From contig CAVTBU010000005.1 in the NCBI GenBank assembly GCA_963733035.1, positions 32,001-96,000 on the forward strand: 64,000 bases of DNA, read 5' to 3'. The stretch is from Pirellulales bacterium. Its GTDB lineage: Bacteria; Planctomycetota; Planctomycetia; Pirellulales; PALSA-1355. Position numbers and translations under genes: made by a program. Below are positions 32,278-42,916 of this stretch, one piece after another; positions within the stretch are counted from its first letter, which is position 1, and the number at the start of each line of letters is the position of its first letter. Below the pieces are notes generated by a model, which did no database searches, was not told where the DNA came from, and worked only from the letters and a program-made list of their open reading frames with translations.

Positions 32278-32742
32278 CTAGCGGACGGACGCGAATCGTG
32301 GAACCTGCGTGAAGGGCGCAGGTGGCTCGGAATCCTCCTCGCGACTTCGGCTTCTGGCGGCAATGCGCTGTTCAGCCCGAGCTTGCCGTTCCTGATATTT
32401 GCGATAGTTGGCTTGGATATGGAAGAGTTTCGCGGCCTCCCTTCTCTCGGCTTTGCTCATCTGGGCTCGAATTGCACGCACCTTCACACGATTCGCTCGC
32501 TGTTGAAACGAGTCGTCCGCCGAGGTCTGAACTGTTCTGACGAGCAATGCCGCTCGGCTCGGATGGCAGTTCGCTTCCAGCGCGCGTGTATAGCTGCCGT
32601 GCAGGTACACGGGTCTTGGTGCCTCCTCGACGTGCTGGAGCGTTGTGGTGTAGGGCCTGTGACTAGAGACGTTTTGTCCCAGGGCAACAGTTGATAGGGA
32701 CGCAGCGATCACCATCGCAGCTGAAACACTGGGCATTTTCAT
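32278..32742 (-). CDS. Secreted basic hypothetical protein
   Basis: Signal peptide [29 protein letters not shown]. Confidence 0.6.
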   Translation of the reverse strand: MKMPSVSAAMVIAASLSTVALGQNVSSHRPYTTTLQHVEEAPRPVYLHGSYTRALEANCHPSRAALLVRTVQTSADDSFQQRANRVKVRAIRAQMSKAERREAAKLFHIQANYRKYQERQARAEQRIAARSRSREEDSEPPAPFTQVPRFASVR

Positions 32743-32790
32743 GTTCTTTTCTCCATGGAAAAGCGTGCTGCCGAATCGTAATTCACCCCT

Positions 32791-32892
32791 TGGACATCTC
32801 GGGTCCAACCGTAGGTTGATTTTTAGGGGACTCTCGGTTGGCACATTGCGAATCCGTAAGTTTTCCGCGACAGACTGGACCTCGACAGTCCA
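32791..32892. promoter_or_regulatory. Two TGGAC-N7-GTCCA palindromes (candidate operator)
   Basis: Copies at 32791-32807 and 32876-32892 in the divergent region upstream of the WYL gene; third copy at 34877-34893. Confidence 0.6.
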
Positions 32893-33056
32893 GGCACGCG
32901 GTTAGAGTTGGGCTCGGGTCGCTGCTGACCAACCACGTTTGCCGGAACCACGCAATGCCTGAAAGCGACCGTGCCGATCAATTAACTTGTTTTGAGCTGC
33001 GAGCGGCTTATGCTCGACGAATGGTCCTGAATCTGGTCGCGGAGAAGTGCCAAGCG

Positions 33057-34085
33057 ATGAGCAAAGACAAGGCCTTAATTCGGCAGTGGCTAATACTGAA
33101 GATGCTTTCAGCAAGGCGATACGGCGTCACCGTTCAGGAAATGGCGCAGGAATTGGAGGTCAACCAAAAGACGATCCGTCGTGATCTGGATACGTTTAAA
33201 GCCGTAGGCATGCCAATCGAAGAGGTGGTTGGAGACCATGGACAAAAACGGTGGTCCATCAAACACAACAACGGACAAGTTGAATTGAGCTTCTCCATGG
33301 ATGAGGCGTTGGCGTTCTATCTGGGTCGCCGCTATCTCGAACCGATGGCCGGTACTCTTTTCTGGGTTGCTGCGCAAAATGCCTTCAAGAAGATTCGTGC
33401 TTGCCTCGGTAAACCCGCCCTTGACCATCTGGAGAAGATGGCAGGCACGATGCACCACACAGCGGTCGGCACGAGTGACTATTCGCAAAAAGCCGACCTG
33501 ATCGATGAGCTTATGGAGGGGATAGAGAAGCACAGGGTCACCCTGATCAATTATCAGTCGCTGGGTGCTACCGAGCCCGTGGAATATGAAATCCATCCCT
33601 ATGGCATCACCTATCACCGCGGATCGCTCTACCTGGTCGCACGATCCACGGACCACGACAAGTTGCTGCACTTTAAGGTGGATCGCATCGACCAAGCTGA
33701 CGTGCAATCCCTAGTCTTCGAGCCGGTTGATGGTTTCACTCTTGAAGATCATTTCGCCAATTCGTTCGGCGTCTTCCAGGGGGACGGTGATATTGCCGTC
33801 ACGATTCGGTTCCTGCCTCGCGTCGTCCGCTACGTGGAAGAATCAAAGTGGCATGCTAGCCAGAAGTTGTCGCGACAGCGTGACGGCAGCTTGATCGCCG
33901 AGTTTCATTTATCAAGCACGGAAGAAATCATGCGCTGGGTATTGAGTTTCGGTCAGAATGCCATCGTACTGGAGCCCACCGAACTTCGTGACCAGATCGC
34001 CGCAGAGATCGCCGTGATGAACGAGGTTTATGAGCAGCCTGGCGGAGATGGATTCCTGTTTGAAAATCGGCGTCAGATCAAATGA
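33057..34085 (+). CDS. HTH-WYL-WCX transcriptional regulator
   Basis: VNQKTIRRDL HTH; HPYGI..SLYLVA..FKVDRI; RWVLSFG..VLEPTELR. Confidence 0.92.
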   Translation: MSKDKALIRQWLILKMLSARRYGVTVQEMAQELEVNQKTIRRDLDTFKAVGMPIEEVVGDHGQKRWSIKHNNGQVELSFSMDEALAFYLGRRYLEPMAGTLFWVAAQNAFKKIRACLGKPALDHLEKMAGTMHHTAVGTSDYSQKADLIDELMEGIEKHRVTLINYQSLGATEPVEYEIHPYGITYHRGSLYLVARSTDHDKLLHFKVDRIDQADVQSLVFEPVDGFTLEDHFANSFGVFQGDGDIAVTIRFLPRVVRYVEESKWHASQKLSRQRDGSLIAEFHLSSTEEIMRWVLSFGQNAIVLEPTELRDQIAAEIAVMNEVYEQPGGDGFLFENRRQIK

Positions 34086-34115
34086 GTCAGCACATCCCAA
34101 TCTCTAATCGTGCGC

Positions 34116-34727
34116 TCACATCGCTTGCCGCAGTCGGCTTCTCGCTCGATAGCACAGCTTTCTGGCAGCTTCGCTCGAACATCCGAGTCTGCTCCCAATC
34201 TCTCGAAATGTCATGCGATCTTGCTCACGCATGATGAACGCGTCTCGCATTCGCTCCGGCAGAGCCTGAAGAACCGCGTTAAACCGGTGGGACAATTCGT
34301 GATTGAGCAGTACCGCTTCAGGAGTTGCTGGTTCAGTCCGTAAGGCAATCTTCAGTTCAAAGTCAGGCTCTAGGGATTTTTCCCGCGAGATGTCACGCTT
34401 CTTGGCGTGCTGGTAGAATCTGGCGGCATCAGCCGCTTGATTGAGGAGGATTCGTCGCAACCAGCCGAGGAGCTGCCGGCGTGAATCACCGCGGAAATCG
34501 CGGATGTTACGGTGAGCCTCCAACGCGGTTGCTTGCACCAAATCCGCCGGGTCAAATTTTGCCCGAAGCGAAATCGAAACGTTCTGTCTTGCCAGTTTTA
34601 GGAGATACTGATGATTGGCTTGAAGTAGCTTCCCGAGAGACTCCGACGAGCCCTCACGCGCTTCGGAAATCCAGCGATTAATTTGATCTGCACGAGCCTG
34701 CAATGGGGTGTCGTCGCGGCTGGTCAA
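34116..34727 (-). CDS. ECF sigma-70 factor (start uncertain)
   Basis: PADLVQAT, LLGWLRRIL and LPERMRDAF..TFREIG..SEAARKL. Confidence 0.85.
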   Translation of the reverse strand: MTSRDDTPLQARADQINRWISEAREGSSESLGKLLQANHQYLLKLARQNVSISLRAKFDPADLVQATALEAHRNIRDFRGDSRRQLLGWLRRILLNQAADAARFYQHAKKRDISREKSLEPDFELKIALRTEPATPEAVLLNHELSHRFNAVLQALPERMRDAFIMREQDRMTFREIGSRLGCSSEAARKLCYRARSRLRQAM

Positions 34728-34996
34728 CAATTCGCCTCGCTTCAATCGACAAACTCGCTGCGTTCTCGCGAGTACGCTGGCAGTAGGTGTAACGGGCAAA
34801 TGCATCAGGGTTGACGTTTGGACTATGTCGTTTTGAAACCAACTCGTAAAAGCGTCGTCGATTATGGACAATGAGATGGACAGAGCAGGTCCAACCGGAC
34901 ATCTGTTCACCGAAGGCTGCTCAATCAAATGCGGCTGCCTTAGAAGCGATGCCCACACGCGTCGCCCAGAAAAAATATTCTTTAGGAGTGCCAAGA

Positions 34997-35458
34997 ATGA
35001 CAACTCTGCGCTGGAGTCTTATGTTGAAAGCCCTCGTTGTTGCGATGTCGCTGGTCGCGATGATGGCTCATGCCGATTCGCCAGCGCCGACCAGCCAGCC
35101 ACAGCCGGTAGAGAAAGATATGCACGAGTTCATGGAGTACGTTTTCCAGCCGACTTATAAGCGGTTGAAGGCGTTAATGGCGTCCGAACCCGCTGACAAC
35201 AATGCCTGGAAAGGAATTAGGGCCGACGCCCTAATCCTGGCAGAAGGCGGAAATCTTCTGATTATCCGCAAGTCAAAGGACGATGCGGCAACGTGGGACG
35301 AACTGAGCACCGCCGTGCGGAAAGCTGGAGGGAGCATGTACCAGGCAGCGAAGAAAAAGGACTACAAGTCCGCCCGTCAGCACTATGAAGCGATGCTGAA
35401 GAACTGCAATGCCTGTCACAACAAGTTTGCGGAAGGGGAGCACCAACTGTCGCCGTAG
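34997..35458 (+). CDS. Secreted c-type cytochrome (cytochrome c'-like)
   Basis: Signal peptide; C-terminal CNACH; AGGAG RBS. Confidence 0.8.
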   Translation: MTTLRWSLMLKALVVAMSLVAMMAHADSPAPTSQPQPVEKDMHEFMEYVFQPTYKRLKALMASEPADNNAWKGIRADALILAEGGNLLIIRKSKDDAATWDELSTAVRKAGGSMYQAAKKKDYKSARQHYEAMLKNCNACHNKFAEGEHQLSP

Positions 35459-35534
35459 AAGCCTTCGTGGACACCAGAGCCGTTCAAAATGACGGCAGCG
35501 ATAAGCAACCAACTAAATCTCAAGGATAACTGTT

Positions 35535-35638
35535 GTGAAACATCTCTACATCCTGATCCCACTGTTCGTGATGGTTGCGTTCGCATCTGCTGATGAGCCA
35601 ATGCGTGAAAGGATTGAATGGAGTGACATTTGGGTCAC
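35535..35638 (+). pseudogene. SGNH hydrolase 5' fragment
   Basis: Signal peptide plus RERIEWSDIWVT, which joins in frame to DADKTDLPRVLLVGDS at 29247 (-). Confidence 0.8.
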
Positions 35639-36997
35639 TGAGGCGGACCCCAAAAACTGGGCGCGCTGATAAGGTGTGGTTTCCGGGTGCGGAGACGACC
35701 GAATCAGGAGTGTGCCAGCATGACGCGGAAGCGGCGGGTGTTTGGGGCGGCGTTCAAGGCCAAGGTGGCTTTGGCGGCGGTCCGAGGTGACAGGACGACG
35801 GCCCAGTTGGCCAGCGAGTTCGGCGTGCACACCAGCCAGGTCACGGCCTGGAAGAAGCAGCTCTTGGAGCAAGCGGCCGGACTGTTCGAGGACGGCCGCG
35901 CGCGACGCGACGAGCAGTCGGCGGGCGAGCAGGAACTTTACGAGCAGATCGGCCGCTTGAAGATGGAGGTCGAGTGGTTGAAAAAAAAATCTGCCGAGCT
36001 CGCCTGAGGCCAAGCGAAGATGCATCGACACCCATCACGCCCCGTTGAGTATCGCCCGACAGTGCGAGCTGGTCGGCCTGCCGCGCAGCACCCGGTATTA
36101 CGTGCCGAGCGGCGAGACGGCCGAGAACCTGGCGCTGATGAAGCGGATCGACGAGCAGTATTTGCAAACGCCGTTTTACGGCAGCCGCAAGATGGCGATC
36201 GAGCTTGGCATCAATCGCAAGCATGCTCAGCGACTGATGCGGTTGATGGGTTTGGAGGCGGTGGGCGTCAAGCGACGCACCACGCGACCGGCCGCCGGAC
36301 ACAAGATTTACCCGTATTTGCTGCGGAATCTGGAGATTACGCGGCCCGACCAGGTGTGGGCCAGCGACATCACGTACATTCCGTTGCGCCACGGCTTTTT
36401 GTATCTGACGGCGGTGATGGACTGGTTCAGTCGCTACGTGTTGGCCTGGCGGTTGTCGAACACGCTCGAAGGAAGATTTTGCCTAGAAGCACTCGACGAG
36501 GCACTGGCCACCAAGCGCCCGGAGATTTTCAACAGCGATCAAGGAAGCCAGTTCACGGCGGCGGCCTTCACGGGCCGATTGGAGAAGTGTGGCGTGGCGA
36601 TCTCGATGGACGGTCGCGGTCGGGCGCTCGACAACGTGTTCATCGAACGGCTGTGGCGGAGCGTGAAGTACGAGGAGGTGCACCTGCGGGACTACGCCGA
36701 TGGTTGGGAGGCGGAGCAATCGCTGGCCCGCTACTTCGAGTTCTACTGCCAGCGACGAATCCACCAGGCCCTCGGCTACCGCACGCCGGCCGAGTTGTAC
36801 GGGCAGAAAACAGCGCGAAACGTTCGGCGCTCAAATCCCTGTTGAGGCAGGGTTAAAGAGGAGAATCAAACGGAACCCAAACCGTCGTCAGCCGTCGCGG
36901 CCGCGCGAGACCCGTGAGAGGTCTCACGGGCCGCCAGACCCGGCGACCTACATCTTATCCAAGCCCCAAAACTGTCCAACAGTTGGGGTCCACCTCA
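35639..36997 (+). mobile_element. IS3-family element, copy 2 (inverted, near-identical to copy 1)
   Basis: Same ORFs; only about 3 substitutions seen by eye. Confidence 0.95.
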
Positions 36998-37380
36998 GGC
37001 ATCTGCCAGCGCATTTGCTGGAAAAGATATCTGAAATCGTTCTTGGCGAACGCATTATCGAGGTCCGCTCGCAATCCACGCCAGCGGGAAGCTTGACCGT
37101 GAACGCCTAAGTGAACTTTGCCGCATTGTTCGAGGCAGCACATTACGTCCGCGCATTGATTGGATCAATAAAAGGCGAAGCGAATACGACCTCACTCCAG
37201 CGGATGAACCGGAATGCAGCCAGTCTGTCGCTGTAGCAAAGCTGGTGGACTACTGGGAGAATTCATAGTCGCATTGGTGGTACGGAGGGCAGAAAGGTTG
37301 GGTAGTCTCGGGCGCTGTTCCAATCGAGCCGATTCCTCAAAAGGGCAGGTTCGACAGCCACCGCCGGTTTGGTTCGATCA
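36998..37380 (+). pseudogene. ASCH-domain gene, 3' fragment with internal stops
   Basis: ASASAFAGKDI*NRSWRTHYRGPLAIHASGK...PIEPIPQKGQ; end coordinate approximate. Confidence 0.7.
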
Positions 37381-37415
37381 TTGTTGGAATGCACTACTGC
37401 TAGAGAAAAGTCACA

Positions 37416-38199
37416 ATGGCAAATGCACCAGTCGAAGACCGCTTGTCTCGTGAATGGGAAACCCTGCAAAAGGACTGGTATTCACTGTATCAATGGCAGG
37501 GCACTGCAGCGGTCGGTCACACAGAGCGCATAGCCAAGCTGATTCTTGACGCCTTTGACAAAGTGGGCCTACTGACAGCGGACTTGCGAGAAACCAACTT
37601 CAATGTGAACCATCAAGGACACGCACAACTGAATAATGACGTTGCTCAGTTCACTGAAAAGCGATTCTGCCGGGCGCTTTTCAACGAAGGCAATATCGAC
37701 CCCTTAGGCTGCATTTTGGATTACGAAGTGCCCCTAGGAGAGTTCCAAGCGGCTCGGCACGGTGACATTGATCTTCTGAGCGAAAAAGAAAGGCGCACTG
37801 TTCTTCTTGGAAGCCAAAGGGCCTCACTCGAATGAATCTATCTTGAAAGGCATCCTGCAGGCGTTTGTGTATTCCTCGCTTATCGCGGGTGAGAGAAAAG
37901 GAGTATTTCTCAAGGAGTTTCGTCGGGCATCTGATGTCAAGTTAGTTCCTGCCGTGCTCACCTTTAAATGTGCAGCGTCCGGACAACAATTGAAGAATAT
38001 CGAATGCTACCCCCGTCTGCGGACGTTATTGAAGTCACTCGATGGGTCGCTCGCAAAAAAGGGCCTTTCACCAATGCAGTTTTTTGTTGTCGAGGGCGAT
38101 TCCGCGGATTTTGAAAAATGTTTAGTTCAACCGGAACCAAACGGCAAAATCCTGTTTTGCAAAGGCTTTCTCCCTCAGATTAGCAAAGCCGATGTTTGA
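37416..38199 (+). CDS. PD-(D/E)XK nuclease-like protein, frameshift near 37800
   Basis: LDYEVPL..GDIDLL..LEAK..ILQAFVY. Confidence 0.65.
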
Positions 38200-38404
38200 C
38201 GAGGTTGATTGCGATTATGGGAATAGCGCACGCTCAGCCTCAGGGCAGCTTTCGTCATATCCGAGATCTCGTTGCTTCACCCCGTTCCTGACACGGGTAG
38301 ATATGATATGTCGGAGCATCGATTTAGCAGCGAATGCGCCGAAGGTGTGAGTACGATGGGGTGGTTCGCTTCCCACATCTCGCATCGTTACGCCGGTCAT
38401 AGCC

Positions 38405-39415
38405 ATGCCTCCCAAGAAGAAACTTCCCAAAGCAACTCGACCCGACGCTGAGCGGCGATTGAGCCAGTCGGATCGGCTCGCGCGGCTTCTGAGAATTCTG
38501 GAACACGTCCAGGGGCGTGGGCGCTGGTCGGCGAAGGAATTGGCTGAGGCGGAGGAATGCACCGAGCGAACCATCTACCGCGCAATGCAATCGCTGGAGT
38601 TGGCGGGCGTTCCTTGGTACTTCGATAAAGCTGAACGTTCATATCGAGTTCGTGCGGATTACAAGTTCCCTGCGCTCAGTATGACAAGTCAGGAACTGAT
38701 CGATCAGGCTGCCGCTTCTGTGGTAGCGGTAGCCGTATCAGGATCAAAGACACCGCTTGCAATAAATAGGAAACTAAAGGCAGCGGCGACCGCCGGTGAA
38801 GTGCTCGATGATGCAGAAAAACTGATTTCCGTGCTTGGGCTGCAAATGGCAGAACACGGAAAGCACCGGGACGTGCTTCGGACGGTACAACGGGCACTTC
38901 TTGATCGCAAGCAACTGGCTGGCAAGTACAAAAGCCCTTACGATGCCAAATCGAAGCAGCTTCTACTGACGCCCTATCGACTGTGCCTCGTCAAGCAGGC
39001 TTGGTATCTGATTGCTACTCCGAAGGACTCGGATGCCCCACGAACTTACAGAGTCGCCCGATTCAACTCTCTGCGTGAAACCGTCACGACAGCAAATGTT
39101 CCACAGGAGTTCGACCTCAAGGAGTACTTTGGGGATGCCTGGGCGGCGTATCGCGGCGACAAGAATTACAAAGTCGAGATCGAGTTTACCAAGGACTCCG
39201 CCGACTTGGTGGTGGAAACCACGTGGCACGCCACGCAGGAAGTGCGGCGGCAAAAGAACGGCACAGTTCGGCTCTCTTTTCGCGTGGATGGGTTGAACGA
39301 GATCGTTCACTGGGTGCTGGGTTGGTCCGGTCGGGCACGGGTAATTCAACCTGTCGAACTACGCGAGCTCCTCGTCAGCCACCTCCAGGCTGCACTTACG
39401 CTAAACCAGGGTTGA
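38405..39415 (+). CDS. HTH-WYL-WCX transcriptional regulator
   Basis: CTERTIYR, PYRL..QAWYLIA..YRVARF and HWVLGWS..PVELR. Confidence 0.92.
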   Translation: MPPKKKLPKATRPDAERRLSQSDRLARLLRILEHVQGRGRWSAKELAEAEECTERTIYRAMQSLELAGVPWYFDKAERSYRVRADYKFPALSMTSQELIDQAAASVVAVAVSGSKTPLAINRKLKAAATAGEVLDDAEKLISVLGLQMAEHGKHRDVLRTVQRALLDRKQLAGKYKSPYDAKSKQLLLTPYRLCLVKQAWYLIATPKDSDAPRTYRVARFNSLRETVTTANVPQEFDLKEYFGDAWAAYRGDKNYKVEIEFTKDSADLVVETTWHATQEVRRQKNGTVRLSFRVDGLNEIVHWVLGWSGRARVIQPVELRELLVSHLQAALTLNQG

Positions 39416-39892
39416 GCCGCCAAACGCTCGCTTTGCGGCACTTCGGCTCGGCTCGGACGGCGACCTGATCGATTTTGACATTTGGTCTCCTCAAACCAAT
39501 CCGCTGCCCATCGTGCTGGCAAAAGACTACGTCCATGTGCTTGTGAACTGTACGGATTGAATGCTCCAGCAATGGATTCCCGTTCACTGACCCACACCTG
39601 TCATTGACATCGGGTATTTATAATACGCGGCGATTTGAGGCTAGATCAGACGATGCAGGCACCGCTCAGGTGCAGCGAGTCATCTCCATCTCACAGTTCG
39701 AGGGTTGTATCCACGGAAAGGCGGGGCTCGGCATAGGTTCGCAGCAGAACCGTCCTCCAACAACCCATCGACTGATCCGATGAGCTACGAGACGACGTTG
39801 AGCAATGGAAAACCCAATGCGTCTGCGTGCCTCAAGTCGCATCTCTTTCAACTAGCGTGGGTAACAGCAAGGTCCGACTGACAGGAGTGTGA

Positions 39893-40447
39893 ATGGAAAA
39901 CGAGGAATGGCTTTCGGAAGCGTGCATTGACCTCGATGAAAACGGCTCGCTTGACGAGTCCTGGACCCTCGACGATTTGATCCGTACCGTCGTCGGCTTC
40001 ACTTTCGTCCTCGGGGTACCAATCTGGCTGCTGTCCATGATTCCCGACTACTTGGAATCCTGGCAAAAGCGTCCCGGACTCACCGGTTGTGCGACGCAAT
40101 GTTTTCTGTTTTGGTTTTCACCAATCTTCCTGGGCATCGCACGAGCTCTCGCGGATTCGAACCGGCGGGTGAATCACCCACGCATCCGGTTTTGGCAGAT
40201 TGTAGTGCTTAGCACCTCCGTGCTTGGATTCCTTGGCAGCTTTGCTCTGCTGGTTTGGGATTTGTACATGCTCGACACATTCCTTGCACTCTACCAACGC
40301 GACCGCGAGGTCGCGATCCAGGTGCCGCTCTATTTCGCCACCAGCATGATCATGGGGGTTGGTTTGGGTTGGCTTATTGGCAAGTGGTGCGACGAGGACC
40401 TGCGAGAGTCTGAACTGGAGCTTGAGGAGATTAATGACCGAGGATGA
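39893..40447 (+). CDS. Hypothetical membrane protein
   Basis: About four hydrophobic segments; AGGAG RBS. Confidence 0.6.
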   Translation: MENEEWLSEACIDLDENGSLDESWTLDDLIRTVVGFTFVLGVPIWLLSMIPDYLESWQKRPGLTGCATQCFLFWFSPIFLGIARALADSNRRVNHPRIRFWQIVVLSTSVLGFLGSFALLVWDLYMLDTFLALYQRDREVAIQVPLYFATSMIMGVGLGWLIGKWCDEDLRESELELEEINDRG

Positions 40448-41024
40448 CCAACGGCCGCACGTGACGATTGTTCGGCTAGAACGACTGTTTCGTTTGTATC
40501 CAAACCGGCCACTCATGCGGGAGGCTGTGCGGAACTGGCTGCGGGAGCTGGCCCGAACCGAATTCGTGGGAGTTCCCCTCACCGGAGCGTACTACTGGGT
40601 TCCAATGCTCGGGCAAAACGGGCAAGTCACTTGGCAGATCAATGAGTTTTTTGACCATTGGCTGCCAAGTTCCGACCACGTCTATGTCTGGCGGCACGTG
40701 CGCGACTACTTGCAGTCTCACTGGCAAAGTAAATTGAAACGAGTCGGCTGCTGCAGCTTGCCCCGGGGTCGAGTATGCCGTCCTTGCATCACAGGACCGG
40801 ACGGACGAATTTCAACCACGCCCGTGATTTATCACGGCAACGATTGCCCGCTGGGAGCCGCCGGATTCGAGTTCATCCGATCCAAGTTCAATCTCGATCA
40901 ATCGGCTCGGAGTGTTTTTGACGTTCACGAACAGATGCTCACCGAAGACGCCGCGTTCATTTCGCAGATTTTGGGTATCGATCTGGGGGGACCGATTGTC
41001 AAACCAAAGTTCAGAGTCAGCTAG
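40434..41024 (+). CDS. Hypothetical protein
   Basis: Coupled ORF containing LPRGRV and IYHGND motifs. Confidence 0.55.
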   Translation: MTEDDQRPHVTIVRLERLFRLYPNRPLMREAVRNWLRELARTEFVGVPLTGAYYWVPMLGQNGQVTWQINEFFDHWLPSSDHVYVWRHVRDYLQSHWQSKLKRVGCCSLPRGRVCRPCITGPDGRISTTPVIYHGNDCPLGAAGFEFIRSKFNLDQSARSVFDVHEQMLTEDAAFISQILGIDLGGPIVKPKFRVS

Positions 41025-41047
41025 ACCAGAAACATAGGAGATGCAAT

Positions 41048-41287
41048 TTGGCCAAGTACTACGTCGAGTCTGGAAAAGTCCAGGTGATCGTTCACGCCGA
41101 CGGCGTTCGGGAAGCCGCTGCCAAGATGGCTGCCATGTCGCGACACCGATTCGCCGACACATCCATCATTACGACGATTTCCCAAGCCGGTTTCGAGCTG
41201 TCGGAAGACACCACCGTCATGATCACCACCCAGGCATTCGGGCAGCAGCCACCGCCCAAACCCGATCCGTCCACCGTCGCCGAGTAG
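41048..41287 (+). CDS. Small hypothetical protein
   Basis: 79-aa ORF with AGGAG upstream. Confidence 0.5.
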   Translation: MAKYYVESGKVQVIVHADGVREAAAKMAAMSRHRFADTSIITTISQAGFELSEDTTVMITTQAFGQQPPPKPDPSTVAE

Positions 41288-41469
41288 ATTCCATTCAGAC
41301 AAGTTCAGGAACGAAACATGAACAGCAGGTTCGCAAGGACTACTCTTTTGGCTGTACGTAGCCTATGTATCGTGCTGGGCTGCCCGCCAGAGAGAGGCCT
41401 ATCAGCGCCAGTTGCGGGCGAAGCTTAATGTCTTGGACGCAGTAGATTTTACAAAGGACCCATCCGACG

Positions 41470-42498
41470 ATGTCGATTTACCACCAACCCTTTGGCTGTG
41501 ATGACCTCTGTCCCGACGTGCAAATCGATGTGGGACCACCAAAACGAATCCGCTGCTTCGTAGGGGGCTGCAAACATATCCTCCGTTGTCCAACTAATAA
41601 AGACGACGGGGAAGCATGTCCTGACCACAAGATTCGCTGCCACTCCTCAGGCACTTATTCCTATGCCGATGTCCGAGGCAACCTAATTGTCGATGCCGAA
41701 CTCTTTGCAACTCGCGTCGTTGGCCATCCCTTCAAATACGAGACGGATCGTATTGGCAACGAGAACTCTGAAGATGCGTTGACTTGGAATGTCTTTCGCT
41801 CGTTTCAGCACGAGAAATGCCTTCATCGAGTCGCTGAGTTAATCATCGGGCAAGCAATCAAGGACGAGCCTCAGCTTTACCTATGGGGTTTGCGGCTGTC
41901 GGATAATAGTTTCGAGCCATGGGACTTGTTGATTGCTGCCCGAACGCGTTTCGAATCCCATCTACCGGTGGAGCGACCTCAGACTGAGCATGATATTGCT
42001 CTTCACTTACCAGGGAAGTATCTGATCTTGATCGAAGCAAAGTTTACCAGCCCGAATACGTTCTATACGGAAGGACCTCGCAGGAACAAATTGTCGCTCA
42101 CCAAAAACGAGCTACTCGATCTGTACTGGGATCACATGACCAAGACCTTAAATCTCGAAAAGGCGCATGCGGTGAACCGTGTCCCTTATCAGCTGTGGCG
42201 CAACCTAATCTTCGCCGAATGGATGGCTAGCAAAGACAGTTCGTCTACCAAGCCATTCCTCGCCAGTCTCACTCGCGAGGACCACGAGGTTGAGAGTTGT
42301 CGTGAATTTCGAAGCCTCCTAAACGACGAAGCGTGCTTCACCCATATTTCCTGGGAAGGTACTACGAAACACGCTGGCGTACAGCCTGCCTCAAGGCTTT
42401 GGTGCTATCTGGCGAACAAGACGGCTAGCCTGCAGCGTGCGTTTAAGATGAATGAGGGACAGGAGTCTCATCGTATCACCTTATGTGGCGGTAGGTGA
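41470..42498 (+). CDS. Putative restriction-endonuclease-fold protein with a Cys/His-rich N-terminus
   Basis: NSEDALTWNVF, TEHDI..ILIEAKF and YQLWRN motifs; CFVGGC..CPDH. Confidence 0.65.
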   Translation: MSIYHQPFGCDDLCPDVQIDVGPPKRIRCFVGGCKHILRCPTNKDDGEACPDHKIRCHSSGTYSYADVRGNLIVDAELFATRVVGHPFKYETDRIGNENSEDALTWNVFRSFQHEKCLHRVAELIIGQAIKDEPQLYLWGLRLSDNSFEPWDLLIAARTRFESHLPVERPQTEHDIALHLPGKYLILIEAKFTSPNTFYTEGPRRNKLSLTKNELLDLYWDHMTKTLNLEKAHAVNRVPYQLWRNLIFAEWMASKDSSSTKPFLASLTREDHEVESCREFRSLLNDEACFTHISWEGTTKHAGVQPASRLWCYLANKTASLQRAFKMNEGQESHRITLCGGR

Positions 42499-42896
42499 AC
42501 GGGTGCGCTTTTCAGCTCAACGGCGATTCTCAATCGATTACAAACTTCCTGGTCATGGATGCCTTGGCACTCAAAGAGATTCCCCAGGTCTTCGAAAATG
42601 TAACCGATTCCGGATTGTTCCACGTTTTCTCTGACGACGACCGCACGACGTATGTCCAGGGGCTAGCCGCAGTCATCAAGCCGGGAGGGCGGTTGTTTGT
42701 GCTTTGCTTCAGCGACGACGAGTCACCAGGCCCAGGACCACGCAGGATTGCTGAATCGGAACTAAGGGCGGCGTTTGACAATGGCTGGGAAATCGAGTCC
42801 ATCACGCCGACTCGATTTGAGGCAAGTCCTGATTTCAAAGAAATATTTTCGGAGGGGGGACCGAAGGCATGGATCGTCGTGGTGCGGCGAACGTAG
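42495..42896 (+). pseudogene. Class I SAM methyltransferase C-terminal fragment
   Basis: MDAL..DSGLFHVF..IKPGGRL; the glycine-rich motif I is missing. Confidence 0.7.
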
Positions 42897-42916
42897 GCGA
42901 TGATCCATTCAGTGCT

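Noticed and set aside
29389..36856. 278-aa alternative-frame ORFs in both IS3 copies and other long antisense ORFs
   Set aside because: Shadow ORFs typical of GC-rich coding DNA, with no motifs.
39604..39624. Consensus sigma70 promoter TTGACA/TATAAT
   Set aside because: The spacer is only 9 bp, so the two boxes cannot act as a pair.
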